DNA from: Ranitomeya imitator | Lineage: Eukaryota | Direction of reading: 5' to 3' | NCBI RefSeq assembly: GCF_032444005.1 | Contig: NC_091288.1 | Span: forward strand, 203,794,001-203,858,000 | Length of the DNA: 64,000 bases | In this document: positions 39,437-50,900 of the stretch, one piece after another | Layout: each line of letters opens with the position of its first letter | Position numbering within the stretch: the first letter of the stretch is position 1 | Notes under the pieces: generated by a model | What the model was told of the DNA's origin: nothing | What the model saw: the letters and a program-made list of their open reading frames with translations, nothing else | Database searches by the model: none | Position numbers and translations under genes: made by a program

Positions 39437-40042
39437 GTGCGTAACATTTGGGGGTCTTATTATACTGGCCAAAGTGGTCTATAGCACAATATGTGTCTCG
39501 GGGAACCGTATACAGACTGAAATGCCCATAGAGAATGCGGGTGTCCTGGCCCATAGGATATATGAGACCTTAAGGTGGGGTCAAGAGTATTGCCTTCTGC
39601 ATACGGATTGTAAAATGTAACCTTCTGAATCTGGTCTTAAACATGGATGACCTAAAATGTTGTGTAACCATGTAAAAGTAAATGGAAGCTGCAGTTTTCA
39701 CATTGGCCACTAGATGTCATGTGTGCTCAATCTCGACAGAAATAAAACAAACTCGTTTTACTGCATGCAGGAAAGCTGAATGTTTAGTTACCCCGAAGGT
39801 GGGAATATTTTGGCAGAATGACACTTTTATTGTGCCAAATGTAATTTTAATCCTAGAGCATTTGGACAGCTGGCACAATGGGAGAATAGTGGGCAGGGAA
39901 GAGACTAGAACCTTATGAACTTTTTCAGAAGACTTTGAGGGGTAGTGGGGGGAACCTTGATTGGGTGGTTGTCTTGTATAATGGAAGTCTGTAAAGTTGC
40001 TGTCTCCAATGCTATTGTCTACTGCTTGCCTTCTCCACACAG

Positions 40043-40141
40043 GCGGCAATACTGCAGCAGACTGCAGACTATATATTCTCCCTGGAACAGGAGAAGACAA
40101 GGTTGCTGCAGCAGAATACCCAGCTCAAGCGGTTTATACAG
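40043..40141 (+). CDS. tfap4: TFAP4 exon 3, helix 2 and leucine repeat 1 (AAILQQTADYIFSLEQEKTRLLQQNTQLKRFIQ)
   Basis: Acceptor cacag|GCG, donor CAG|gtgag; 99 nt, in frame. Confidence 0.97.
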
Positions 40142-40451
40142 GTGAGAAAGTAGAAAATTGCTGCAAAAGTTTGCATAATGTTGTATAGCCATCATTAAAG
40201 GGATTGTACGGTTATTGCCTATCCACAGGATGGGTGATGACTTACTGATTGGTGGAATGGAGTGGCAGTGCGCTCGGTCGACTACTGCTTGATTCATTCC
40301 CTATGGGCTTTATTTTTTTTTTACCTAAGCCCTTTGATTTTTGGTTTCTTACCCCGAATATGTACCAGGGCTCTGCTCTGTATCCAAGATATTGGGAATG
40401 TGTACCATTTTTCCAGTCTTTCATACTCTTAATGTCTTCTGCCTATTACAG

Positions 40452-40622
40452 GAGTTCAATGGCTCTTCCCCTAAGCGACGACGGGTGGAAGACAAAGATG
40501 AAGGCATTGGCTCCCCAGATATTTGGGAAGAGGAAAAAGCAGACGAACTGAGAAGGGAAATGATTGAATTGAGGCAGCAACTGGACAAGGAGCGTTCTGT
40601 GAGGATGATGCTGGAGGAGCAG
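40452..40622 (+). CDS. tfap4: TFAP4 exon 4 (EFNGSSPKRRRVEDKDEGIGSPDIWEEEKADELRREMIELRQQLDKERSVRMMLEEQ)
   Basis: Acceptor tacag|GAG, donor CAG|gtaaat; 171 nt; contains PKRRR and the EGIGS beta-TrCP degron at residues E135-S139. Confidence 0.97.
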
Positions 40623-41219
40623 GTAAATGGTTAAATGGATGGCCCGATCTTCTCTTTTTTTGGCCGTATAAATTGGACCGCAATGCACGGACTGGCCGGC
40701 GGCTCTCCCGACCTGCGTGTGACGGCTTCATACATTTCTTTGCAGCCGTCACTCTTGGGCCGGCCAGTCCATGCACCGCCGTTCAATTTAAACGGCCGTC
40801 TGACTGCACCCTTATAGTATGGCATGCGGCATGCAAATGGCATCTGAGAATATACCCACCCATTAGTTTCCTAGAAGAAGATTGATGCTAGTATAGGATG
40901 GCACGGTAGCTTTGCATGACTTAAAAGGGTATTCCCATTTAAATTATGGCATATGATCATTACTTTAGGAATAGGGAGGTCTGATTTCTGCATCCTGAGA
41001 ATGAAGGGGCTGCCCTGCACAAAGTTAGGTAAACTGGGGCTCCTCTGTGCAAGATGCAACAATAACATGGATATGACACTAAATTAGTGCTGCAGCCCTT
41101 TCGTTCTCTGGTTCGGTAGGGGACGCAGAGTCTTATTCTAGTTCACTTTTTTTATAGCCTAGGAATGCCCCTATAATAAATCACTGGTCAGACTTCTAAT
41201 TGACTGATATAACTGGCAG

Positions 41220-41348
41220 GTGCGGGCTCTGGAAGCTCACATGTACCCTGAAAAGTTGAAGGCTATAACTCAACAAATCCAGGAAGAGGGAGGGCAGGGA
41301 CAGTCGGACGAGTCACTGGACAGGGGTGACCAGCCTCTCCATTCCCAG
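41220..41348 (+). CDS. tfap4: TFAP4 exon 5 (VRALEAHMYPEKLKAITQQIQEEGGQGQSDESLDRGDQPLHSQ)
   Basis: Acceptor ggcag|GTG, donor CAG|gtgaga; 129 nt; conserved LEAHMYPEKLK motif. Confidence 0.94.
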
Positions 41349-41529
41349 GTGAGACAGACGATGCTTCTTGCCATTCTCATAGAGCACCCTGCTGTTCCTT
41401 AGCCATCGTGCTATCTGCTGCCAGTTTCACCGATGAGGTGGTGCCATGCTGCCTATTTTATTGCATAGACTTGTGTTTTCTGTTTTTTTATCCTTGTGAT
41501 ATATATCAATATATATGTTGTTTCTGCAG

Positions 41530-41688
41530 CTCCTGGGTCCCCATATGCCTGTGGCGCCCACTCACCACCCCACGGTAATAGTCCCCGCTCCTCCACCTTC
41601 TCATCACGTCAATGTCGTGACGGTGGGACATTCCTCTGTTATCAGTTCTGTGTCCACATCCCGGCAAAATTTGGACACGATTGTGCAG
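41530..41688 (+). CDS. tfap4: TFAP4 exon 6 (LLGPHMPVAPTHHPTVIVPAPPPSHHVNVVTVGHSSVISSVSTSRQNLDTIVQ)
   Basis: Acceptor tttctgcag|CTC, donor CAG|gtgagt; 159 nt; APTHHPTVIVPAP and STSRQNLDTIVQ motifs. Confidence 0.96.
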
Positions 41689-41811
41689 GTGAGTGTGAAA
41701 TAAGTTGGGAGAGGGCTCGGTATTGTGGTTTTTGACTCAGATCGACAGCTTTGAAAACTTAAAAATCAGACGTTACTGCCATCTTGGGGGGGGGGGGGGG
41801 GGGCCCTGTTA

Positions 41812-42431
41812 GGCCAGTCTCACACGTCCAGATATTTCCGGGAACCGGACGAAACGGTCCTGGAGCTGTCCGTGTGTGCACATAGACCATCCGTGTGCCA
41901 TCCATGTGTCCGTGTATTGATACAATTTGTTTCAATTTTAACCCTATGACTTAACCCTGCTGTTCTGTTCGGTCTGGGGAGACCTATTTTGAACTTTGGT
42001 ATTTTTTGGGGTGTTCAAGATGCGGTTCTGAAACTTGTGGTTGATTGACTTAAATGAGGATGGGTCGGTCGGCCACGGGTTTCAGAGCCGCATCTTGAAT
42101 ATTTTAAAGAATATTGAAGTTCAAAGTCGGTCATTTTTGACCAACAGAACAGCAGGGTTAAAAAAAAAAAAAAAAAAAAAGCACACGGACGGCATCTGTG
42201 TGTGGTACGTGTTTTACACGGACCCATTGACTTTAATGGGTCCGTGTGATCCGTGCGCTCCCACGAACACTGACATATCTCCGTGTTTTGCACACGGACA
42301 CACGGTCTGTGAAAACTCGCTGACGTGTGCAGAGACACATTGATTTTAATGTGTCTACGTGAGTCAGTGTCTCCGGTACATGAGGAAACCATCACCACAC
42401 GTACCGGAGCCACTGACGTCTGAAACCGGCC
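41812..42431. mobile_element. Harbinger-like MITE carrying a nested insertion
   Basis: TIR ggccagtctcacacgtc / gacgtctgaaaccggcc; TTA and TAA flanks. Confidence 0.7.
41955..42157. mobile_element. piggyBac-like MITE nested in 41812-42431
   Basis: TTAA|CCCTGCTGTTCTGTT ... AACAGAACAGCAGGG|TTAA. Confidence 0.8.
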
Positions 42432-42581
42432 TAAGAAGTCGCAGTCCTAGAAGTCAACAGCTGTGCCACATGACTAAGGGTATAGAGACAAAACAGAATC
42501 TTCTCCAAAAAGGAAAAGTCCACAACTGAAGACTATTTTTGAGGTTCTCACCACCTCCTCCAGGCAAAATAGCTTGATATC

Positions 42582-43227
42582 TTAAATTGAACCGGTCACC
42601 CCCGAAATGGAAGATGAGCTCAGCCCACCAGCATCAGGGGCTGATCTACAGAATTCTGGAACTATCTACAGCATTCTGTAATGCTGTAGATAAGCCCCCG
42701 ATGTATCCTGAAAGATGAGAAAGAGATTAAATTATACTCACCCAGGGGCGGTTCCAGTCCGGTTCTGGTCCGATGGGCATCGCGGTCCGGGGCCTCCCAT
42801 CTTCTTACCATGACGTCCTCTTCTTGTCTTCATGCTGCGGCTCCGGTGCAGGCGTACTTTGTCTGCCTTGTTGAGGGCACAGCAAAGTACTGCAGTGCGC
42901 AAGCGCCAGGAAAGGTCAGAAAGGCATCGCTCCTGCGCACTGCAGTACTTTGCTCTCCCCTCACCAGGACAGACAAAGTACACCTGCGCCGGAGCCGCAG
43001 CGTGAATACAAGAAGAGGACGTCATGGTAAGATGGGAGGCCCCGGACCAGACATCGGACCAGAACCGGACCGGGACCGCCCCTGGGTGAGTATAATTTAA
43101 TCTCTTTTTCTCATCTTTCAGGATACATCAGGGGCTTATCTACAGCATTACAGAATGCTGTAGATAAGCCTCTGATGCCGGTGGGCTTAGCTCACCTTCG
43201 ATTTTGGGGATGACAGGTTCCCTTTAA
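42582..43227. mobile_element. T2/Kolobok-like foldback MITE, tfap4 intron 6
   Basis: TTAA at both ends; right TIR tgacaggttccct; near-complete ~645-bp palindrome; same family as 33778-34299. Confidence 0.85.
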
Positions 43228-43369
43228 GACATGTTGCAAGGGTTTTAAGATGTTGACTTCTAGGATTGCAACCTCCAATAGGTGTTGGGATCACCTGGTT
43301 AAGTGGGTACTCCAAGCCCAAGGTCCGGGTGGGCACACAGGCAGGCAGGTGAAGCACAAGCCCCAAGTA

Positions 43370-44432
43370 ATGTTCCCTACCGGACTAATGGGCCCCGTGT
43401 AATGCTCCCTACCGGACTAATGGGCCCCGTGTAATGCTCCCTACCGGACTAATGGGCCCCGTGTAATGCTCCCTACCGGACTAATGGGCCCCGTGTAATG
43501 CTCCCTACCGGACTAATGGGCCCCGTGTAATGCTCCCTACCGGACTAATGGGCCCCGTGTAATGCTCCCTACCGGACTAATGGGCCCCGTGTAATGCTCC
43601 CTACCGGACTAATGGGCCCCGTGTAATGCTCCCTACCGGACTAATGGGCCCCGTGTAATGCTCCCTACCGGACTAATGGGCCCCGTGTAATGCTCCCTAC
43701 CGGACTAATGGGCCCCGTGTAATGCTCCCTACCGGACTAATGGGCCCCGTGTAATGCTCCCTACCGGACTAATGGGCCCCGTGTAATGCTCCCTACCGCA
43801 CTAATGGGCCCCGTGTAATGCTCCCTACCGGACTAATGGGCCCCGTGTAATGCTCCCTACCGGACTAATGGGCCCCGTGTAATGCTCCCTACCGGACTAA
43901 TGGGCCCCGTGTAATGCTCCCTACCGGACTAATGGGCCCCGTGTAATGCTCCCTACCGGACTAATGGGCCCCGTGTAATGCTCCCTACCGGACTAATGGG
44001 CCCCGTGTAATGCTCTCTACCGGACTAATGGGCCCCGTGTAATGCTCCCTACCGGACTAATGGGCCCCGTGTAATGCTCCCTACCGGACTAATGGGCCCC
44101 GTGTAATGCTCCCTACCGGACTAATGGGCCCCGTGTAATGCTCCCTACCGGACTAATGGGCCCCGTGTAATGCTCCCTACCGGACTAATGGGCCCCGTGT
44201 AATGCTCCCTACCGCACTAATGGGCCCCGTGTAATGCTCCCTACCGCACTAATGGGCCCCGTGTAATGCTCCCTACCGGACTAATGGGCCCCGTGTAATG
44301 CTCCCTACCGGACTAATGGGCCCCGTGTAATGCTCCCTACCGGACTAATGGGCCCCGTGTAATGCTCCCTACCGGACTAATGGGCCCCTTGTAATGCTCC
44401 CTACTGGACTAATGGGCCCCATGTAATGCTCC
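43370..44432. repeat. 32-bp minisatellite, 33 near-identical copies, tfap4 intron 6
   Basis: Unit ccctaccggactaatgggccccgtgtaatgct; first ACTAAT at 43384, last at 44408 (32 periods). Confidence 0.98.
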
Positions 44433-44740
44433 ATATCCCTCCTCCCCACTGGCCGCAGGTCCTGACTCTTCAGCGACTTCTGTCTCTCTGCAGTGGTCGG
44501 GACACAAGGTGCGCTGTAGTGATGTCATTGCGCCCTCTGCCTGGAGAACCCGGCAGTAAGTGGTAAATTATCCTGCAGCGCCTCTTGAGGGGAAATGGAG
44601 CATTACACATTGACATCAATGGGTTGCTCATGTAAAACATGGATGCGGCGGGTCCTCCCTTGGTTATAGCCTTTCTCCTATTAGATGGAAGGGTCTTAGA
44701 AAGTCAGTAATGTTTCTACCTATTTTCCCGTTTCCACCAG

Positions 44741-44914
44741 GCCATACAGCACATAGAGGGCACACGAGACAAACAGTTGCTGGAAGATGAGCAGAGAAGG
44801 GCGGTCATTGTGAACGCTGCGCGCCCATGCGACGATTCAGACACCGCATCGGACACAGAATGCGATGACAGCGAAGCAGATCAAATCAAGGATGATGCAA
44901 TGGAGGACCCCTGA
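44741..44914 (+). CDS. tfap4: TFAP4 exon 7, terminal (AIQHIEGTRDKQLLEDEQRRAVIVNAARPCDDSDTASDTECDDSEADQIKDDAMEDP*)
   Basis: Acceptor tttccaccag|GCC; AIQHIEGT and EQRRAVIV motifs; TGA at 44912-44914. Spliced CDS totals 987 nt (328 aa). Confidence 0.95.
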   Translation, partial: AIQHIEGTRDKQLLEDEQRRAVIVNAARPCDDSDTASDTECDDSEADQIKDDAMEDP

Positions 44915-46240
44915 CATCTACTGCCCTTACCAGGAGTGGGCAAAAGACTGGGGGAACTGGAGGGGAGGAGGCTGTGAGGGTACTTGAGGGGGCGCTCCCT
45001 GCCGGCCTTCTTCCCATATCTGTAGGGTATATAGGGTGGTCTACTGCTGACCGCAAAGATACTGTATTGAGGTTGTTGAGGGCGAAAAAGGGTAAAAGCA
45101 CTAAGGGGTTGTCCTGGTCTGTTAGACAAAAGGAGGAGTGTCATTGTGGTAGGGTGCTTACAAAAAAATTTATTTTTTTTTTCTTAAATTTGCAGCAATT
45201 TTTTTTGTTACATCTTTCTCAGCACAAGGCCTGCACTTGTAAAAAAATCAAGTCCCCCCTCCTCTATATATAGGTATAAGAGAAATAAGCATAGTCCTGC
45301 CTCCTAGGAGATAGTAGGTGTGGTAGTCCATAACGCCATGCCTTTCAATTTATACTATTATAGATACATTTTATACTTATATTTTATAGTGCTGTGTATA
45401 ATATACCTAGATTTAATACCGGTTACTTTTAAAGGAAACCTAAAAAAAAAAAAGCCCAAATTTCAAGGCAATTTACGTACAATATGTATGCCCATTATAA
45501 TTCTAGGTGCCTAAAATAAGTGCAGGCCTTTTTTTTTTTTTTTTTTTTTTTCATTTAGGATCTTGCATTCTAACTTTCGTAAAGTCTTAGGGACCCCAAC
45601 TTTTATAGCTATATGTGATCATACCATGCAAAGTCTTAGCACTACATTCTGGCATATTTTAAGCTATTTGCTGCTGTGGCCTTCATACCCCCACTTTCTT
45701 TTTTTTTTTTTATTATTTTTTTTTTTTTCTTTCTTTTTTTTTTTTTTTAAGATAACGCCTATATGCTCCGCAGTCGGTGTGGACTCTGTGGGTAGTCTTT
45801 AAAAGCTAAATATAAAATAAAAATTAGTTTTTTACTGGCACGCTTAGTTGCAAAATCACAATAATCGCCTAAGCTGCTAAAATGCAGAATTTTTGCATTT
45901 GCTATGCAGTACCAAAACTTTCCAAAATTATGGAAGAAAAAAAAAAAAGTGCATTACATTGTTTTACTCCACTGACTGGTATCCATTACTTATAGACAAT
46001 CCCGGTAGATTTCCTGGAGAAACCGGATTGGGATTGCGGTTTTACCAATCCCTTAGATGCAGTCTGTATATAACAGATCGGGGTTAACCCCTTACCTGGT
46101 GACCCGTATACAGGGTCTCTCGCCCCGATCTTACACCTTCATTGTGATGAAACAATGAGTTCGGCCCGGCCATCTACGAACCGTGAAATACGGCCATATT
46201 AAACCTGGTTTTTAAAAATAAATTTAAAAAAAAAAACAAC
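44915..46240 (+). other. tfap4 3'UTR (end uncertain)
   Basis: Follows the stop; A/T tracts; candidate AATAAA at 45816-45821 and 46217-46222. Confidence 0.45.
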
Positions 46241-46713
46241 AAACCTGTTTTAAAGGTTTGTCCAAGCAACCCCGCCACTTGTCTGGCATCGTCCCTCTGT
46301 TCAATTAAAGTGAATAGGCCTCAGCTGTAATGCCTCACTCAACCTGTGGGCAGGTGTGGCGCTGTTTCTGAAAGAAAGCGGCCATGTTTTGTAATTCTGG
46401 AAAACCCCATTTCCAAAGAAAGCCACCCTGGTGATCATGGCCGCTAACGTCAACTAATATTGCCACTTGGAAGTTGAGTAAGCCACACATTTTCCCATAG
46501 AGCAACCATGTAATATATGGTTGAGCTAGTTGCACCAGAACAGGCATGTCTCCTGTTACCAGCTCTTGATGGGAATTTCCTGTCATTATGTCCTTTACGT
46601 GTATGTATGTACACAGGCTTTTGGGGCCTAGTTAAAAAAGAAAAAAAAAAAAACAATTTAAATATCTGGATGATTGGTTGCTACGGAGTCTCCACCTAGC
46701 GACCAGTGTCTTA

Positions 46714-46901
46714 GTCCAGGTTCACACTGGCGTATTTCACTCTCTGTATATGGGCCGCTATGTCCTGACTGACAGCGGGTCTCTTCACCCGAGTTTACAG
46801 CTTCAAAGACAAGGCTGTAAGTTCGGGATGGGAGATCTGTGGTTAGTCCGGACATTGCACTTTGTATATGGACCGTGAGTTAGGCTCATATGAACACAGC
46901 C
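46714..46901. mobile_element. Short Harbinger-like MITE
   Basis: Ends gtccaggttcac / tgaacacagcc; TTA and TAA flanks. Confidence 0.55.
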
Positions 46902-47000
46902 TAAGGCATTTGTTGCTAGGGAAACATAGCTTTAACACTCTGGTTACAGTCTGGTTGCTAGGGAGCCTTCACCGGAGTCCACCTAGCAACCAGTGCTTTA

Positions 47001-47174
47001 GGCTGAGTTCACATGAGCTTATTTCAAGGTCTGTAATACCCGGGTTGACTGCAGGTTTCTTGACCCTAAATTTACAGCTTCATAAGGCTGTAATTTCAGG
47101 TTCGGAGAACTGAAGTTAGTCTGGGTATTGCGGTCCTTATACTGACCATGAAATATGGTTGTGTGAACCCGGCC
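47001..47174. mobile_element. Short Harbinger-like MITE related to 46714-46901
   Basis: Ends ggctgagttcaca / tgtgaacccggcc; shared internal tttacagcttca..aggctgtaa. Confidence 0.6.
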
Positions 47175-47595
47175 TAAGACACTGGTTGCTTGGGATGCAC
47201 ACCTCGATGTAGACTGGTTGCTAGGGAGTCTCCTCCCGTCATCCAGACTTTTCACTTGGGGCCTAGTTAACTTTTTATCAGTACCCAAAACCTTCTTTAT
47301 TCCTCATTGCTGAATTCTTTCAAAGAAAAATAAGTTTGGGAGTAGAAAACCACAATATGGCTACCTCCGTTGCTTGTAGGTAAAGGATACCTTCAGAGGG
47401 CTATGCAGTAATGTGAGGAGGGACTGTGCTGTTTTGTAGACTGGCTCCCTCATTTGCAACCGAAGCCGTTAGGAATTTGCCAACCTTTTTACGTAAATAA
47501 GGGGTTAGTAATTAAGCGGGCTGACTGTCTTAACCCTGCAATCTTACAACCATTTAATTATCAAAAACCTGAAAAATTTGAGGTCATGATAATAC

Positions 47596-47952
47596 TTAAA
47601 GGACTTGTAACATGTAATTTTTTTTTAAAGCTGGTGTAAATGCCGCTGTTCTCCTGAATCCGGTGTGATTTTTCTTTTGTTTCTGCTCCTCTCCCTTCCC
47701 GAGATATGCTCCTCTCTTCGCCTTGTTATAAGGAGACGTAGTGCTCGGCTCTTCCGTGGGAGTCTGAGACACGCCCCCTTGGTAAAAAAAAAAAAAAAAA
47801 GACGAGATTTATGTAAAGGAAAGAGGAGGCCATATCTCGGGAACGGAGAGGCGCAGGAAAAAAAGAAAAACAACGCCGGATTCAGGAGAACGGCGGCATT
47901 TATACCAATTAAAAAATGATATATTTAGGGCAAGTGACATGTTTTCTCTATA
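47596..47952. mobile_element. T2/Kolobok-like foldback MITE
   Basis: Left end TTAAaggac; inner repeats taaatgccgctgttctcctgaatccgg / ccggattcaggagaacggcggcattta. Confidence 0.7.
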
Positions 47953-50900
47953 AAGTATTCCTTTTGTCTGGATACAAGGGGAGAGACTTCCAGGTCATAC
48001 TATCTCATTGAGGTAGGAGACATCTAGATTATAGGTGCCTCACTATGACCAGCCAGTGGGTACGCTTTTGGTCAAGGCTCTTGAGTTTGGCAGTCGCCTT
48101 GCGCCAGTGTATTTGCACCCATGAGATTTGATGCCAGTTTGGTTAGACATGGAGGTCTAGACTGACACCTCCACCGTTTACTTCTTATCTGTTTTTGTTT
48201 TGTTTTTATTATAGTTCATTGAATCATAAGCACTTAAAATGTATTTTTGTTTTGTCTGCCAGTAAGGATGCTAAATGTTAGGAAGACTGCGGACTTCTCC
48301 CTACTTAATGGCCGCTGACCGGACTAACATGCTGGGATTTACAGTGGTGGGTGTAGGGGATTTTTGGGCACTGAGATGTCCTGCACACCCTTAAAAATTA
48401 AAGAGGTTGTCACATGTACACCACCCCGTGCATATATCCACTAGGGCGCGTGAAGTTCAGAATTACACGGATAGGTGTCAGGCTGGCCACAACGTCCCGG
48501 AAAAGTTAATATTCTGATGGTATCAGAAGTGGGACCATACTCTGAAAGATGTTCATAAAGTCAACTGAACCTGCCGATATTGTCTAGATCGGCTGACAGT
48601 CCCATGTGTTTAAGGGTCCTCCCTATTTTTTTAATTTTTTTTCCCCTAACGTGATATCAGGAAAGAAATATCAGCAATTTTGCTCCTTGGCTCCTGTCTG
48701 CGGCGCTTTCAGAGAGAGTACAAGAGCGCTTGGCCAAACCAAGTGTTCCTGTGCACGGGGGAGACGGGAGAGAGAGCTGTCGGCTGTACATTTAATCGGA
48801 TCTTTATGGGGGCCCTAAGTCTTGCAAAAAAATGAAATCAATGTTTATTAAATGGGCTCCTGAATATAAGGACTGAATTTTTTTGGCTAGAATATTGGGA
48901 GATGACGGATCTTCACACCATATTGTATGCTTTGTATAGATATAACCGGCTCTTTACCACTGTAAGTCTCATCCTGTTACTCTTTCAGCTTGGGTAAATG
49001 GAGAGTACCGCAGCTTTAAGACTCATGTCCCCCCCCTATTCCCAGCACTCCTCCCCCTCTTCACCTTACCATCAGATCTTCCTATATGGTTTTTTTTTTT
49101 AACCATTTCAGCTCTTGTGTTTTGAGAAAAAAAAAAGAAGCTATTTTATATTTTGTTAAGAAAGTGACATAAAAACCCTGCAAGGCGTCGCGGCCTTTGT
49201 AAAGAAACAAAATAAAATGTTTGTACTTTGTTTTTTAGAAACTTCTTGTCCTGTCTTTTTTTTTTTTTTTTTTTTTTTATTTCTTGCAAAAATGGAGAAA
49301 ATTGCACGTATCCAAGGTTATTGCCCAAAAATCGGACAGCTTGGTGTAAGGGGTACAAAACCTGGGGAAATCGCACATGATAAATGGTGACTCTTTGGAC
49401 TCTTTCTCCTACATCCATTCATTCTGATTGGATGTAGGAGGAAAAAAAATACACAAGAACTCTGGTGTTCCTCTGTTATTCCTCTTGGAAATAAGTGAAT
49501 AAATTGACAGCTTTTTCGGGGGCTATGTTCCCACAGTCGTGACGTGGCGACCATCTTATTAACATGTAGTGGTCAATTTGATATTTCCAGGAGTAATAAC
49601 AGAGGGTCAGAATTGATTTGTTTTTGGTAAATATTTAATATTTTCAAAATTGTTGTTTTTTTTCAATTATGAAAATAATCAATATTTGCGAAAAAGCAAA
49701 CAAAAAAAAAACATATGTTGCACCTGTCCCAATGTCTCGCCTGTCCCAGCAGGTTTCAGTAAATTATATTGATGCAAAGTTGAACCCAAGAGACGGCGTA
49801 AGAAGAGAGAAGTCACAAATATATCTAGAAGGAACTGCCCCTGGGATAAATGATAGGTTCTTCCTGTCTCGTCTACTTTTAGGCTGTCTAAATTTAAGAA
49901 CGCATTAATAAATGTCGCCCACGTTGCCTGAAGGCAAATGGGGCGTAATATGTTTAATAGAATGATTTTACGAAACAGACCAGTAGGGGGCGATGGTTTT
50001 ATTTTTTTTTTTTTCAGCAAAATTGCGCCTCCAGAATAGTCATCCAATGGCAAAATGTAGACAAATCAAGTGACCAAGTCACCATGTTTTCCTGTCCTAA
50101 TGTCTTTTTAGCCCTAGTCGCAATACTATTCTTCCAGGGTCAAACTGTGCAAACTCGACATTTTAGTTGTCGCCATAGACGGCGACTTTCCATGTGCTCT
50201 ATTATGAAAATGATCAAAAAAAAGTATTCAAATTTAGGGACATATTTTATTCTCTTTATGGTCAGGCACATATTCTTGTCAAGAGGTTCCCTCCCCTCCT
50301 CTTGGATGCAGAAAAAGGCCTGTGGTCAAAACATTGGTGGGAATTTATAAAGGGTTCTGTTCCAGTTCTTTGGCGTCAAGAAGTTAAAATTTTTATATAT
50401 ATATATAATATATATAGAATAAGAAAATTATATATAATTATCATATATGCATTAAAAACATATTAAAGTGTATATAATTTTTGTTGCTCATGAATGATGT
50501 GCAACATTTGTGAAATGTGGTGAAAAGTCTTGATAAATTCCTCCTCGTTTTAATTTACACCATTGGAACATAATAAATGCAATGTGGCACGGGTTTGGCT
50601 GCAGATGCTCCATTATTTCACCGGCTTCTGCACTCATATTTTTATACATGACCCCCAAACCGTCCTCTGTAATAAAGGTTAGGTTCCACTTTTAATTGAT
50701 GCGCTAAAAAAAGCATAACCCAAATGGTGGCCTGTGTACACAGCTGTGAGCCGGGGCTTTACCGGGAGGAGATTGGAGGAAACGTCGGAGCAGTCGCCCG
50801 CAGCAAGCGACCACGGTCAATGAATGTACAGGGAGCCGAAAAGGCTGCTAAATCGGGTGGAGGTGCTTGTGCACTGTGCGTTTGGCCACACCAAGGGTGT

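Noticed and set aside
39230-39484. ORF-track starts upstream of exons (e.g. MHMHHELF..., 40341 MVSYPEY...) as alternative N-termini
   Set aside because: They are intronic read-ins to true exons; canonical acceptors explain the exon starts.
43370-44432. CRISPR-like regular ~32-bp repeat
   Set aside because: Head-to-tail units without unique spacers, in vertebrate DNA with no cas genes. The same applies to the other arrays.
44571-44590. CTCF-like motif (minus CCTCAAGAGGCGCTG)
   Set aside because: One base short of the core consensus and single; insufficient support.
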